Below, piece after piece: positions 57,421 to 57,473 of a stretch of 57,473 nt of DNA. This DNA is from Fibrobacteria bacterium. Its GTDB lineage: Bacteria > Fibrobacterota > Chitinivibrionia > Chitinivibrionales > FEN-1185. Where the stretch lies: the NCBI GenBank assembly GCA_037447435.1, contig JBBIGR010000034.1, positions 1 to 57,473 on the forward strand. Direction: 5' to 3'. Below the pieces are notes generated by a model, which was not told the origin of the DNA, did no database searches, and saw nothing but the letters and a program-made list of their open reading frames with translations. Made by a program: the position numbers and the translations under genes. Every line of letters starts with the position of its first letter. Position 1 is the stretch's first letter.

Positions 57421-57473
57421 GGTCTAGTCCGGAAATATGTTTACAGTTTCCGGAGGCAAAATGGGAGAACGTA
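57421..57473 (+). mobile_element. Left end (IRL) of an insertion sequence with the first codons of its ORF, truncated by the window edge
   Basis: GGTCTAGTCCGGAAATATGTTTACAGTTT (57421-57449) is the inverted counterpart of 25-53. Followed by GGAGG (57452-57456) and ATG GGA GAA CGT at 57461. Confidence 0.65.

Noticed and set aside
1..57473. Whole window as a composite transposon bounded by directly oriented IS copies
   Set aside because: The interior holds core genes (dnaE, rnhA, dtd, plsC). Contig breakage at a multicopy IS explains the geometry, and the outer flanks and target duplications are not visible.

Overview
57.5 kb of chromosome, probably one whole contig, from a Gram-negative bacterium. 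Paired TIGR02147/DUF2341 genes and many secreted enzymes with C-terminal sorting-like tails point to Fibrobacterota (Chitinispirillales/Chitinivibrionales-like); this is an inference. Both ends are insertion-sequence termini (29-bp inverted repeats, 25/29 identical), each abutting a copy of the same C-rich short repeat. In order, the window holds: an AT-rich four-gene cassette resembling a toxin/immunity locus behind a perfect TGTGA-N6-TCACA box; a Tat-exported HDAC-family deacetylase with a secretion tail; a PIG-L deacetylase; TonB; a housekeeping block (Helicase_C_3/WYL protein, dnaE, two plsC, dtd, an OMP, a lipoprotein plus FadL/PorV-like barrel, rnhA); kdpFABC, an extra DUF4118 gene and kdpDE; and a ~29.5 kb array of 12 secreted glycan-active enzymes with no SusC/SusD or ABC transporter. 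The array is punctuated twice by the same module, a TIGR02147 putative DNA-binding protein coupled to a DUF2341/LamG lipoprotein, each with candidate operator repeats upstream. This module is the best candidate for an undescribed system, a Fibrobacterota sensing/regulatory analogue of a PUL. All family calls come from motif recognition by eye; no database searches were run.
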